This document shows, piece by piece, positions 12,708-27,028 of a stretch of DNA of 64,000 nucleotides. Position 1 is the stretch's first letter. The number at the start of each line of letters is the position of its first letter. The stretch lies in assembly GCA_965112155.1 (NCBI GenBank), contig OZ218103.1; one strand, written 5' to 3'. The translations under genes were made by a program, and so were the position numbers. The DNA comes from Podarcis liolepis (lineage: Eukaryota). Under the pieces are notes generated by a model. The model worked only from the letters and a program-made list of their open reading frames with translations, was not told the DNA's origin and did no database searches.

Positions 12708-13917
12708 TACATGATTTCAATTTCTGTTGTTAATTTTGTTGTAGAGTTGATTAGAAGTTACTAGAGAGTTCTGGCATTTTTATTGCAATGTGCCATAATC
12801 TAAATCCTTTTTCTATTGGTCTTGCCTGAAAAGGCCCAAATCTACTTTCACTTTATAAAATAAGTAAGATTTATAAAAATAATCAGCATAACTGTTGGGA
12901 GATGAATTATTAAAGCAGATCCTTCCTCCACACATTTGATGATAAACCAGATGACAGCACCAGATTCTGGAGGCAAATTATTATAGTAGACAAATTATGC
13001 AAATTTCACTTAATCTTATACTATACATGATCTATAACTCCATGAGTAGAACTTACCATGGACTAATATGGAATTTGCTAATCCCTAGTTTCTAGTAAAA
13101 ACATAATTCAAGACATACCTATTCTGGAATAGATTATCAAAGTGTGGAACATACCAGAAATTGGGGTGGAGGAAACAGAACAGAGTTGAGAGATGGGAGA
13201 CCAACCAAAGAGTATTTAGAAAGTGAGGAATGGAGTACAGGGGGATGGAAAGGGAAGGAGAAATGTCCCAAATCAAATGAGATGTCTGCATTTCAGATTA
13301 TCTCTTTACTTTCCCTACACTCATTCCGATGAGGTTCAGGCGAGGGCGCCAGTCTTCCAGGGAGCCTTGGTGGGGAGAGAGAAAGGGGGGAAAGCATTCT
13401 TTCTGTGAATTCCTTTCATTCACTTATGAATTCACACTGATTAGTCTAGATAACAGCTCACCTTTACGTGGGAGGAATCCTCCCAGAAGGCAAAAAGTAG
13501 ATTCCACATCCCCACTGGCCTTGCTCGTAGAGGTTGTCACCGTGTCAGAACTTAACGTTACCCTACTTAGTCAAGTAGACTTGACTAATTCTAAAAAAAC
13601 AAAAACCCAAGTTCTATAAATCTTTTTAGAATGTACATCCAAACATACATGTAGAAACTTTGAGTAAGAAAAACACCTATAGATTGCAAAATGCAGACAG
13701 TCTTTAGCACATGAACACATATCAAAAAGATAGAAACAGATGAAAAATAGAAGAGCAAACCACCATTAAGAAAAGCAATTCTTTAAAATATATCTGAGCC
13801 TTGTCAAAGTGCATGTAAGACAGCTCTGTTTTTAGCATTGTTGTGCCAAAATCTTGCCAGTGATAAAGAGGTTAAACATTTTTCTTTTCTTTTTAAATTT
13901 CTTGTGCTGTTCTTCAG

Positions 13918-14124
13918 GTAGTTGAAGAGCCTGAAGCAGCCAGTTGCATTGGCCCAGGGTGTTCTAATGTTGCTCAGTCAGGTTCTGTGTACTGTGGTCA
14001 TGAATGCATTCTCAAACATGCTGCAGCCACCATGAAGTTTCTAAGTGAAGGCAAAGAGCAAAAGCCAAAAGAGAAGACCAAACCAAAAGTTGAACGAGCT
14101 GTTGCCGTAAAACCTCAGCCTATG
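13918..14124 (+). CDS. DIDO1: DIDO1 exon (Cys-rich CIGPGC...YC..EC motif)
   Basis: VVEEPEAASCIGPGCSNVAQSGSVYCGHECILKHAAATMKFLSEGKEQKPKEK; ttcag| acceptor and |gtaagt donor; 207 nt, phase 0-0; absent from the ORF track. Confidence 0.95.
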
Positions 14125-14302
14125 GTAAGTCTGAATTGTTTTTGAAGTAAATAGCCCTTCCCACACCACACACAGAGGGAGATCTTGGAGGAACAGACAT
14201 TTTGTAAAATAGAAAAAAAATCATTTGCATAGTAAAAGATCCAGATTTTTCATCAAGTCATTTTGAGTGCTCCTTTCATGAGATCTCATCATTCTATCTA
14301 AC

Positions 14303-14625
14303 TAAGAACATAATATCTTTGCTGGATCAGAACAAATGCCTATCTATTCCACCATCCTGTTCCCTCTGTGGCTTATGAGAAATGCACAAGCAGGGCGTTT
14401 CCACTGTTGTTTACCTTAGTATGGTAATTAATTTTCTTCCTGTAGTATATAACCATTGATAGCCTTATACTCAAGAAATTTAACTAATTCCCATTTAAAG
14501 CAGTCTATGTTGGTTATTATCATACTTCAATGATTTTATACTGTGTGAAGAAGTATTTCCTTTTGTGTGTCCTGAATCTTCTATCCATTTAGCTAATTTG
14601 AATGATCACAACTTCTGGTGTTGTA
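14303..14625 (-). mobile_element. Old CR1-like LINE 3' fragment
   Basis: taagaacata...ctggatcaga...ccatcctgtt motif, also seen at 47173-47400. Confidence 0.5.
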
Positions 14626-15592
14626 AGGGGGGGGGATCACATTTTCCATCCTAAATCCCACCACCACCGTTCCTGTGAGAGCAGCATTATCATATATATA
14701 TATGTCTGCTTTCCTTTACAGAATCATTAAAAGAACTGCTGTCTCCCCTAAGAATATGCTGTTTTATAGCACTAGTTACAAAGCAATCTACAACTTAGAT
14801 TGTTAGCCACATTAAGACCAGAGGGTATCAAAAAAAGCAAAACTCTAACACTCCTTGAAAAAGACATTTGATATGTCGCTGGCACACACAGGTTCAGAAT
14901 TGCAGATTAGTGCCCCATTTGATCTCATTAAGCTGATGCAGTTCTCATAATGGCCTCATACAGAGGTTCTTGCTTATAAAAGCATACATGAGAACAGGGA
15001 TCAACACACTAAGCTGTGCCTCACTGTTGCTCACCAACTCATGGAGAGCAAAGATCTACGTTTTTAATGGTCCTAGCAATAGCATAACAATTTATTGCAG
15101 AATAGAGAATGATTTTGAAAACATTTGCCCTGTGCAGTCACTTGATCATGAGTGCACTAAACTCAATCTCTTCCCTGTCCCCTGCTGTCACCCACCAGTT
15201 CAGGGAAGGGAAACCGCTGAAGTGGGGAACTTCTTGTACTCATGGAGGCTGCCCAAACAAATTAGAACCACGGTTAGGCGCAGGTTGTTCTTTGCTTCAG
15301 ATCCTTTGCACCCATGTTAATCCATGGGTTGGTGGAACATCAGCTACAAACAGGTGCTCAACCACCCATTGTGATCTGCATTCACTTTGCTATAGTTGTG
15401 TATTGTGCATACTATTGATTCCAAGCCAGGGTTATAGTTTCTGGAGGTGACATGCAGAGAAATATAATATGGAATTTTGTTGTATGAGATGTTTGCAAGT
15501 TCTCTAATACATAACGAACTGACCTCTACTCCTGTGTTATGATGACTGTATTATTGCAATACTTAGTGATTAAGGTTCTGCTGGTTACACAG

Positions 15593-15818
15593 GCCGGTAT
15601 CAAACCTCTGTCCGCACAGAAGAGACCAGCTCCTGAAAAAAGAGAGATTATCATGAAGAAAACCGTGGCAGCACCCGTAAAGACCGAAGCAAATACTCAG
15701 ACAGTTGCTAAAGAGCCAGCTTCAGAAAGCAGCACACCATCCTGGGCAAGCGATCATAATTATAATGCAGTAAAGCCAGAAAAGACTCCTGCCATTTCAT
15801 CATCACTGTTGTTCAAAT
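15593..15818 (+). CDS. DIDO1: DIDO1 exon (ESSTPSWASDHNYNAVKPEK)
   Basis: Conserved DIDO1 motif; acacag| acceptor, T|gtatgt donor. Confidence 0.95.
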
Positions 15819-17960
15819 GTATGTATTTCATAGGGATATACCTCTGCAATCATTACACTTTCCTTGAGTACCTTTCAACTTTTGACCCTGATAAATTAGA
15901 AAGGGGTTTTAATTACGGTCTTTTCCCATCTTCAAAGATTTGCACACATACCTCTTAGGGAGAGTTTCAAGGCTCATATATAGAAACGACAACTTGGGGT
16001 TTTCTCTCAGGTTGTATAAAATGGCACTTAAGCGTATACTTGCAGGTTAACAAACCCATTATTTTTCATAGATGATAGGTATGTTCTAATAGAAGGTAGG
16101 TAATGATAAACATTTATTTGTTTCCTAAGTTTATATAATGTACAGAGTAACTGTTTCGTTCACTTTCATTTAAGTCCCTATCTGCCTTTGCATTATGACT
16201 TAGGAATGTTAGGTCTACAAGGTTTCTGAATGATTCAAATGGATAATTTACATGCACACACAACCACACAACTTTTAGGTATTAATTTTGGGGAGTTTTG
16301 GGAGAGGCCGATCCTCCTTCCAAGAATGTGACTTACATGAAATCATGTCAAGGCCCATCTTAAACCATAGGGATTTTTATCTATGAAAGGTATGTGTCAG
16401 AGGCATTCGTCAAGGTAGAACAATAGGAAGAGAGTTCTCACCTTGAATGTCACAACTTTAAAGTATTTGAAGAACATTTTTGGCAACGTTTAGCTTATAA
16501 AGGTAAGTAAGTTAGCGCTTTGCAATGTAAAAATGATTGTTCTCTTAGGCCTGTTTTACTTCCTTCATTTAAACAGTGTTGCAGGGGTTTTTTAATTGCA
16601 TGGCAAAAGGTAAAGGACTTAATGCTCAAATGTGTCAGACATATTTGTAATCCCCGATATAAGGCTCTGCATCAGTAACAGTAGAAAAAGACAAAACTCT
16701 TAGGTCTGCTACTAAAATAACAGTCTCTAAATGTTTGCTTGATTTCCACTGGAAGATGGCTTTGGTGAAACCCTGAAAGAATGGAGTTCCAGGGCTTGAG
16801 GAGAAGCCACCTTTCATTTCGGCCTGCTTTCATTTTGGGGGGGTTGACCAACAAAGTATTGCCTTTTGCTTGTCAGTGGCAGCCAAGAGCAGGAGGACTT
16901 GGTATCTAAGGCATGTAGGATTCAGACACCTTTATTTAAAACCTCCCGTGGGTTTGTTTCTCCTTGTCACTTTCATTAACCCAGCCCAGCCTTTCAACGA
17001 AATCTACGAAGCTTGCTAGTCCACCTGCCTGCACATAGCCCTATGGGTCACTTCTGGCACAACAGTCTGAAAGAGCCAGTTATCTTCCAGCTTACTAAAG
17101 CTTCCTTACCTAGTCACTTCAAGGCTACTTTGCCAGGCAAGTGGCTATATTGAGAAGCCTAATCTCAGCAATGTCTATATCAATTGTACATTAACTGGTA
17201 CATTATCAAAATGTGAGCATTTTTGTGAAATCCCATAACTAGCGGGGAAATTTAGAATTGGAACTATCTTTTTGTCGTTGCTGTTATGCTTGAAAATGGA
17301 CATATTCATTTAGTTTGCATTTAGTGAAGAGCTTTCACCATCTCTAGAAGCTGCTCCCACTTCAAGGTAAGTTCTATGAATGTCTTCAAGTTATTTGTAT
17401 CACTGCTAAACTACCAAATATAAATTCATTCATTGAAACGACTCCTTTCTCCTTCAGTGGTGGAGGTTATCCAGGAGTGGTTACTCCTCCCCCTTTCTTG
17501 GGAGGCAGTGTTATACAAGATTTGTATCTGTAGACTGATTAGTCCTGGCACTATGTGGGGTTGGGCATGTACAGAAGTCTTATTGATCATCACCTGATGG
17601 AGTAGATCTGGATCTCACATACGTTACATGAAACTTCATTTCCTTTCTGATCTCTGAAAAACACACTATTATGGTAGACAGAAATAAGCTCTACAGCATT
17701 AGAGACATGGCACCCTACTATGCTCCATCTACTCTTGCTTGTCTTTGCACTCCTCAGAAATATCTAAAGTACTTATGACCCCATGCTGATTGGATGCTCG
17801 CTGCACTGTAGTGCCTGGTCGTGAGTGTTCATTTTCCTGAAAAATGACCTTAAAAACATCATCACACTCTTAAATTAGATGTTAGTAAAGGGAACTTCTT
17901 ACATAACTGCACTAGTTTCCTTTCATAATAGCTATAAGTTACTCTAGAGTTACTTTAGAG

Positions 17961-18141
17961 CAGAGGTTCCCAAACTGGTCTGCAGGCTTCATTGAAGTGG
18001 TCCATGACATGTCTCCAACAATACAGTCTAGCACAGTGCATCACAGTCACTACAACAGAGAAATCATTAAGTAGTCCTCCAAGACCCTCAGTAATTTTCA
18101 GGTGGTTTGTGTCTGTGTGTGGGGTATTTCGGGAAATGCTG
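17961..18141. mobile_element. hAT-Charlie-like MITE
   Basis: cagaggttcccaaac...gggaaatgctg; near-identical 8-bp flanks ctttagag/ctctagag. Confidence 0.65.
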
Positions 18142-21100
18142 CTCTAGAGTAATTTTGTACAGTAAGGTCCTTTTCAGAGTTCTGCTCAATACTTCACCCA
18201 GCACCTAGTGGGATCCTACTACACATTAAGCGAACACATGATACTGCTGTTCTGAGGAACTTCAGATGCAAAGAATAAAGGAGACACCATGCATATTGCT
18301 CTGGGCAAAACAATAACACTGTAGGGAGGAAAAGGATTCCCTGTTGCTCTAGTGTACCTTGTAGGCTGATAGTGTACTATGGGGAGGGGAAGAAGTAGCT
18401 TCAGCATTATATATCCTATTACTGTGACAGGTCTCTTATTATAACATCAAATGTCCCTTATCCATGATTACATTAAAAAAAAATTAAAAATATGCTCGTA
18501 GGGAGAGGGTTGGGAATTAGCAGATCAAGTTCTCAATTTGGACTTCTAGTCCTTGGCTATTGAGTCACTATCAGTGATTCAATGAAACTGTTCAAGTACA
18601 GAGGAAGGGAAGCCGTGTTCTGTACCCGAACATTCCTGTCACACCTTTGTCACTGTTTACAGGTACTCAGCCACTGGAGGCAAAATTTCTGTTACTCAGA
18701 AAAAGAGGGGTTTTCTTTCAGTCTTATTAGAGCGATTTATTGTGGGTTATCCCATTTTACCCTGACAACAGCTTTGTAAGGCAAGTCAGGCTGAGAGATA
18801 GTGACTTCCCGGTGAATGTTCTAATTGAACAAGGTTTTGAACCTGAGTTCCCCACATTAAATTCAAAAAGTTCAGCTATTTGACTGTGCTTGAATTTATT
18901 TGTTTCTTAACAGCAAACAATATACAATCATTCCCTGCTTTATGAGAGTAGGATGGCAAGGAGAATTTCAGATTACTTAAACATGCTGTTCAGTACACAA
19001 CTTCAACATTAAAAACACAGCTATAAAGCCAAACCTGTATTGCCACAATTATGTATATGTGTCTATTGCGATAGCATTTTTGATGCAGCATTTTAATGTA
19101 GATCAGTAGGGAATTCACTTTCTCTGTCATTCTGAAAGTATGATGGTGTCATACATTGTCATGCAGTCTTGAGTTGGCTGCAGGACAAATGTAGTCACAA
19201 ACAAAGAATGTGGAATTAAAATCCAAATAATGGGACAGAGTATTTCAAGTGCTGGTAAGAAACTTCTTATTACAAAACCAATCCAGAAATCTGATGGATG
19301 AACCTTCTGCCACCTACTGGGCAGGAAAGAGATAAAGTTTCTTAATTTTTGTTGTTCTTAGTTGATTCTGACTGTCTAGAATCAGAACACTGATGATAGG
19401 ATTTAAAACTAACATCTCATTTCAACACACCATCTGCTTTTCCTTTGCAGTTGAGAAAAACAAAATTGATAGATTTACTGGCCACAATGAAAGCTTTAAT
19501 GTACTTCTGACTTCAAAACACAATTTCATTGTAGCTTTTACTTCTCTCTGTAAAAACTAGAATATTAATGAGTCACTGGGAGTTGAAAATGTTTTGACAG
19601 TGGAAAGCTGTGAAAGAAAAAGCAATAATGAAATTAGGGGAGGTATATATGACAAGCCCTTATAAAAATATCTTACTAACACACCACCTATCTGATTGGG
19701 TTGCACCTGCCACTCTGGGTGGCTGGGTCCATAAGCAAAAAGGAATTCAAAAAGAAATTCTAGCAATGAAATGGTTAAATCAGTATATAATTGGTCCTGC
19801 TTTAAGCTGCTTTTTCTAATAAGTCAGGACTAGTCTTAAATACTCCCCTCAGCCCTTCCTTTTCATTAAAGTTGGTTTTAAAGTGCTAGAATGCTTTAAC
19901 ATCACATTGATCTGCACTGAGGTCAAGCGTAGTGTCAGAGTGCTGTTGTAAACTCCATTTCTCAGGTAGTAGTAATCCATTAAAAGCGCTTAAATTGAAG
20001 GAAGTAATTAGTCTGGTGAGAAGAGAAAGGGGCTGGCAACATCTCAAGATGCAGCCAGGATATTCTAAACAGTAGAGGAAGCATATCACTAATTTTTCTT
20101 CAAAATCAGAACACCTTGAAGTTCAATGTTTTCTCATTGTAGAGCTTTTTCAGATGAGAATTGCTAAAAACCAGAGAGTAGTATTTATGGGACTAGAAAG
20201 AGTATGAGTACTCTATTAATCCAGCCTTGTTAATTAGTGACTGAACTGCAAAAAAACACTTACTCATGTGAGGGTTTCCTTTTATGAGTAAAAAGGCTAG
20301 TAAAATGTAGGAGGCTGACAGAGGAGATGTTTGTTGACAGCCTTCCAACACTGACAGCCCGGTTGATTTATATGCTAGGTGTACAAGAAAGGACTGTGCC
20401 TCCTGTGCAAGCAATATAAAAGTCTACTCTCTAGGTATTCTGCTGCACTTCTGTGCTGCCAAAGGAGGAAGGGGCTTTCCTTTTCCCACAGCCAGGGTAG
20501 AAGCTAGTAAAATTGCAACAAATTGGTCTGGAGGGAATTTTGTGCCCTTGCCTATGTGGTAGTCCTTATCACTAGGGGCAGCCAGACAAGCAAGTCATAT
20601 TTTGTGCCCTAGAGCATTTGCAAGATGTTCCATGCTGGGTAGGTGTAGGAAACTAAATACTAGCCTGGAATTTAAAAGATGATATAGAAGTAAGGGTAGT
20701 GTGCAGAATCAGGGGCAAGTTCTTACCTGAAGAAAATCTCTTGTGTGAGAGCAGTGACCCAGCTCAGGTAGCAGGTGTAATTCAGTCATTTGGGGCTGTC
20801 ATGTGTCTACCTTGTCAACTCTTTCTTCGCTAATCAAATATAAAGGGAATGTAAGGTTCCTTTCTACTATATATGTTTTGAGTTTTTTATCATCATTACC
20901 TTAAACTGGCTGAGTGACTAATTGGAACTCTTCCTCCTCCCCTCCAAATAAAAGGGGTTCTCCGTGCTGATGTCTTATACTTCCAGTATTACAGACAAAG
21001 GAGCAGATCTGGACTGCTGTGTGGCTTCTGACTGTGCCTGAAAGCAGTGAATGGGAGCTGAAGATGCCCTCCGTGGAGCTACGTCTTCAAGATCTGTGCA

Positions 21101-24100
21101 AGAAGACTTAAGCGGTGGGCTGCACCACATATTGCAGGGGAGGTGTATAAGTTGCAGAAACATCCACTTACCTGGGTTGGGTTTGGGAGAGAGTGAAGAT
21201 TTTTCTTGTCCCACAGGCCAACTGATGAGATTCTAGATGTCCAAGGAGGCATGCTAGACCTTGCCAGGATAAGTTTCCATAGAGCGTGAGCACCAGGGCT
21301 TGCCAATTCAATATCCCATTTGCAATTGGTGCCATCTTGGATGATTCAGAGGAAGAAAACTGTCCTGAAAAGCGGCTATCCTTCCCTGCCTATAGTAGAT
21401 CACTCCTGATAAGGCTGGTTAAAGTTCATCACACAGCATGTCACAATTACCCAGCTAAGTTGAAAACAGGTTCATCACTAATCAGTTCTAAAAGGCTATA
21501 TCAAACACACATGAAGCAATGCCTTATATTTATTTTCTGTACAGCACTGCGTATAGACAGCATTAATTTTCCTTCAGTTCCCCTTTTGTAAGGCTGGAGA
21601 AAACTAATTCACCCATATCTAGAATATGATCATGGTTAAAATGCAGAGAAGCTGCCTTAATCAAGTTGTACGAGTTCGAAACCTGATTGTAGGCAGCAGC
21701 AAACAGTTGCAGTTTACATTTGTTGCAAGTGGGGAGTAGTACAACTGAAAAAGTTTGAACCAACAAGCAGTCCTGGGTGACTTGAATTGGGCAAATGCTC
21801 ATAGACTTGCCACACTACTACGAAGAAATCCTGACACAGATGAACAGCCTGTCCTAACACTTGCGAGTCCAGAATCTGGGTTTAAAGCAAACCTTGCTTT
21901 CAAGCCTGATTTGATGACTCTCGAGAGGGGTGGGCAATGCAGCGTGTTTTGAGATGGGGGGGTTAGATGCACTTTAGAAGGTGCTTAGTGGGTCCAGAAG
22001 GGAAACCAGGAACAAAAAATAATTGATACATAATACAGATTTAAAAGTATAACAGGAACTATCTTCCTCCAACCGCAGACAGGAGGATTTGAGGCAGATT
22101 TTGGTGACACATCTAGGAACCAGAGATTCAGGGCTACATTAGGGTGTCTTTCAAGCATGGCTCTACATGCTGCTGATGCTCTGAAGTGTTGCATTCATCT
22201 CCCAACAGTGAACATGCGGAGGCAACACTTGAGTTACAGTTTGTGGTAAGTAATATTGTGGAATGGCTGCAGCACCTGCTGATCTTTGCCATTTATACTA
22301 TTCAACATTATGGAAGTGCTTGGAATGGGTTTTGCTTTTTGAGGGTTTAAAATACCCCTCCTACAAGCCTCCACACCCATCTTTTGCACTGTGAATGGGG
22401 GCTTGGGTACTTTTTTATTTACCTGGAGATTGTTCATTCCTACAAGAACATTCCACTTCCATTTTCTTAAATGGACTGGATGTTCTCTGTTAAAGAGAAC
22501 ATTACACACTCCATAGCACAATTCTGTAATAGTGCTGCATATAAATATTGTCAGTGCATAATAAAAAGTTAGGAAAATCCAATGAATACTAGAACTGATT
22601 AGGCATATGTGATTAGCAGCATATGAAAATTACCTCAAGTTTGGCCCGCTGATAAGACAGTTTGTCTATGCAGTTACTAAGATCTTCCACACACTACTGG
22701 TGAATTACTAGCTTAGCCTTCTATTTCAGTTTCCCTGTTCAGCAAAGGGAAAACATAGTAAATTCAGTAAAAAGCCACCTTGGCTTTTAGGGGAGTTGGA
22801 ATGAGAGCAAACATCTCCCTATTCTGACCATCTGGTTTCTTGAGACCAATAAGGCCTGCAGAGGTTCCCATCTACTTTTAGCCTTGCACAAATCGGCAAC
22901 CCGAGAACAGCACACAAGATTCTCTTAAGCCACTCGCTGGGAAACATTAGATTATTGCAAATTGTGCCACACGGAGACTTGGCAGAAACTGCTTTCTCAG
23001 AAATCTGCAATGAAATGCATTTGGGATTTTTGTACATTTTAGCTACAGCTAACAAAACTAGCACAATCCATGTACTAAATTCTCAAATCAACCTAAGCGG
23101 AGCTCGCATTGACAATCCTCACGATGCTTACCAACTATCTCACTCATGATACAAAATCTTGCTTCTTGAAAGAAGATGCCACCTGAGCCCTGTTACTGCA
23201 GTTTACATTTCATGTGATACTAAGAGAATACAACTGGATCATGGGGTTGATTTGCCCTATTTCAACCAGTTACTGAGGCAGCAGTGTAATAACAAGCTAC
23301 CAGTGCAGTGGTTACCAAAGCATTTTGGCCCTAGCTTTATTACTGAAATTTTGCATTGTTGCATGGTATCCAAATAATATGGGCAGCAATGTTTGAGAAG
23401 CAGTCATGTGCAGGTGTACTGATGCATAATCATCTCAACAGAACTACTAACCGCCTGTGATTTGCTGAAATGGTTTCAAATTGGTATTTCAGGTAGGGCA
23501 TTCTTAGCGCACATAAGCTCCCACAATTTGGCAAGAACATGATTGCCATTTCACAAGGAGAAAATTAGATTCATGCCTTTGTTTTAGATGAGGTTTTTTG
23601 TTTTGTTTTTTAATAAAGTGCTCCTGGTTTCATCTGATGCAGATTATTAAGTTAGTCATTTCAAAGATTTGGTTATTTTTTTTGTAAGCAAAGTCAAATT
23701 TCTAAGTCAAATGTAGGCGCTCTTTGAACTGAATCTGCAACAGTGGTAGTTCACTCAAAACTACTTCAGAAAGGTTAGCTTTTCTGAAATCATTAGAGAA
23801 TTGTGCAGTAGAAGACAAGATGGGGAGTCATGTGTGGACTGGTAGGTGAGCTCTGAGGTGATCTATGCGAAGCAGCTCCATATACATACCACAACAGACA
23901 CTTCTTTTCATGAGGACTAGAAACTGTCTCTTTTCTCTTACTAGAAATCTGAAAAATACGCTGGGTGTGATTTTGTGATTTTCATCCTTGCCGTGAATTA
24001 GTGTCACTGGGTAAACCTGGAAACCACATTTAATCTGATTGTTACTATCATATCTAAAGTGAATACTTTTTGAAGAAGCCATATATGATGAATAGGTATG

Positions 24101-26383
24101 CCAAGTTCTAGACATGAGGAAGATTTAAATTATATAACCTTTCTGCGCCCGCCCCCCTGGTCAGCCTTCCATATAATGTTTTAAAATCTCTGTTTACTGG
24201 CTCATATTTTTGTGGTATTACGAAAGATACATATGCTTTGTGATTATGGTATATGGAACCTGACTATATATGGGCTTGCAAACAAAGGCTTAAACATGTG
24301 TACCACATTATGTGCCTACACAGATGATGTGCTTGGCCACCCTCAACATAGTCATGTGTGCTATTCAGCAATTAAGGAAAGGTGGTGTGTTCTTTTTCCC
24401 TTATGGAAGTTGCCAGTCTACCAATGAAACTGCTAGGGATGTTTTGATATTTTAGGTAATTGGAGGGTAATTGCTGACCAGCCAACTGGCATTTCCAATA
24501 TTGGAGCATGTAATGTTGCATTCATTAATGGAACACACTGTTCAGTTGCTAACCATAGGACTTTAGATTCATTTGTGACTAGTTCCATCACTCCTTCTAA
24601 AGTGAAAGAAGATTCCCTCTGGGGACTATTGAATCACTTCCCAATGTCTCTGTATCGTCAACATGAGCTTAGTGTAGAATTGTTAGCTTGTGGGAGAAAA
24701 GGACTTGATTACAACCACTTTCTCCTCTGCCACCTAAATCCAAATTACATGAATATCCTAATATGGGCCCTGAACAAACAAGATTCCAAGGAAGGATGGC
24801 AGAGAGCCTACTGGCAGCTTACTCCTTTCAACAGAATGACCAACGTAGACTAATTTTATGGCTGGACTTTCCAACATCTTATGGTGTCATCAAATGAGAA
24901 CTACAAACAACTAATAGGGGTACCAGAACTGCAGTACCAATTATGGCAAGGTGGGGAGTTTGCTAAACCTGTATGCATATGCCCCCATCTAGGGTCTGCC
25001 TGCACACTGTAAGGAATTGGCAGTCATTTGCTATTGAGCTCCTCTTGCAACTGATGGAAGCAAGTTGGAACCTATATTGCACACATCAAATTCTAATGCT
25101 AACCCAAATTTCATTGGGAAGGAGCAGATTTCCCTACCCAAATGCAACTTGATGAGCAAGTCTAAACTTCATATCCCATCAGTAAATCTACAATGAATGG
25201 GCTGAACAGGTTTCTCTTAGCCTTCTTTGCCTGCCTTCTTGTTGCCTTACCTAATTTACAGGACATCTAAACGTAACTCGGGTGTCCCATTTTTCCAGTG
25301 AGCATGTGCATATCAACAAATTGCAGTATGGGCAAATCTGGTCATGCTGCTTTAGTATATATGCAACTATGTTTTTCTTCTGAAAAGTACTGGCAGGCAG
25401 ACAAACCCCATGCCTGGGGGGAGGGTGTAAAATAAACCAGTGTTGTGTAATTGGCACTTAAAGGAGTGTGGTCTAAACTGACTTAAATAAGATAATGGTA
25501 CTGGAAAGAAGGTTAGTAGGATGTAACTGACACACATACAGAACCGGGGGGAAGGGGGATCCTCTTGCCTTCTAAACGCTGCATTACAGCTCCCATCCCT
25601 GACCATTTGTGATCCTGGCTGGGGCTGATGGGAGTTTGGAAATGCCATATTTGAATGATCACAAGTTCCGCAGCACAGTATAGAAAGGGACCAAACTTAG
25701 TACTAAGGAGTCAACAACATACAGGGATTTTTTTCAAAAAGCAAAACAAGAATGACAAAGCTGATTTAAAAATATTAAATGGCATATTTAAATCGGTTTT
25801 TTTAAAATCTAATGTGCTATTGATTTCTGCATTTTAATGTTTGTTGAATTGAAATAGTGATAATTAATCCTGTGCATAGGCATTCCTGTAAGCTTCAACC
25901 CTATAAATACCCTATGCTCTAGCAAGTAGGCAGACCTCTCTTACCTATGTCTTTTATGTATATAACAGGTGCTACTACTTTTAAGAGATTGTTTTTACTG
26001 CATAATCAAGCCATATATTTAGATAAGCTGTATAAAACTTCTGCGACTTTTAAGATTCCCATCCAGCTGCAATCTTCAGTATTAAGCCAAAAGCTAGCTA
26101 CTGCCTACAAAACTGATGGTGGTGAGTGCATGCCTTGTGCAATAGCTATGAGTAGAATGCAATCACTTCCCTTCCCTATCTGACTCTAGAAATTCTATGC
26201 ATTTCCTACCACCACCACCACATTCCTGAATAACGTACACGCATGAGCTGTTTGTGGTTTTCTGGCTGTAATACTATACATTTCCTTTCTTTGGGGAAAG
26301 TTGAACAAAACAGAAAAACCAAAACAGGAAAGTACTTCCTGCCTTTCGGGGGGGGGGGGAGTTTCAGCTCAAATGTTCTAGAC

Positions 26384-26520
26384 TAGGTGTGAGGAATGTT
26401 TGACCCTCCAGATGTTGCTGAACTACACATCTGATAAACTGCAGCAAGCACAGCCAATGGCCAAAGATGATGGGAGTTGTAGTTCAGCAACATCTGGAGA
26501 GTCAAAGGTTCTGACACCTG
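26384..26520. mobile_element. URR1-like hAT MITE
   Basis: Fold-back ctccagatgttgctgaactaca / tgtagttcagcaacatctggag; TSD ttctagac/gtctagac. Confidence 0.8.
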
Positions 26521-27028
26521 GTCTAGACAGTGAGCTGTTTTTATGAGGGATTCTGCTATGTCGGAATACCATCACACAGATCTGAACAAATGCAGGTCAC
26601 TAAATGGCACTGCAAATGAATGCTGTGTCCAAGACGGCTTAAACTATCCCCTTTGATTTTATGCAGGCTCTCTTTGCTTGAGAACCGCATTTACAGCCAC
26701 AATTGGATGGCTTTCAATTTTAGGTGAAATAGAATTCTGTCTTTTATATGAGCTAATTAAAGTTTCTGGTCACTTCCCCCTAAGCTATACCTTCAGCTGC
26801 ATCAGTGCTTTTTTCAACAAATGACATGTATAAAGATAAGTCTACTCAATATGAGCCTAGTTTTTGACTATATTCATGCAATCATGGCCATGTGTAGGTT
26901 GCTGAGGCTAGACTCATGAAAAGTTGGCAAGAATTCCCTGACTCCCAAGTCGTACCATTTGTCAATTAGCTCCACTTCCCCTCAGATGGATGTTTAACAG
27001 ATGCACAAACAATTTTGATTTCCTATAT

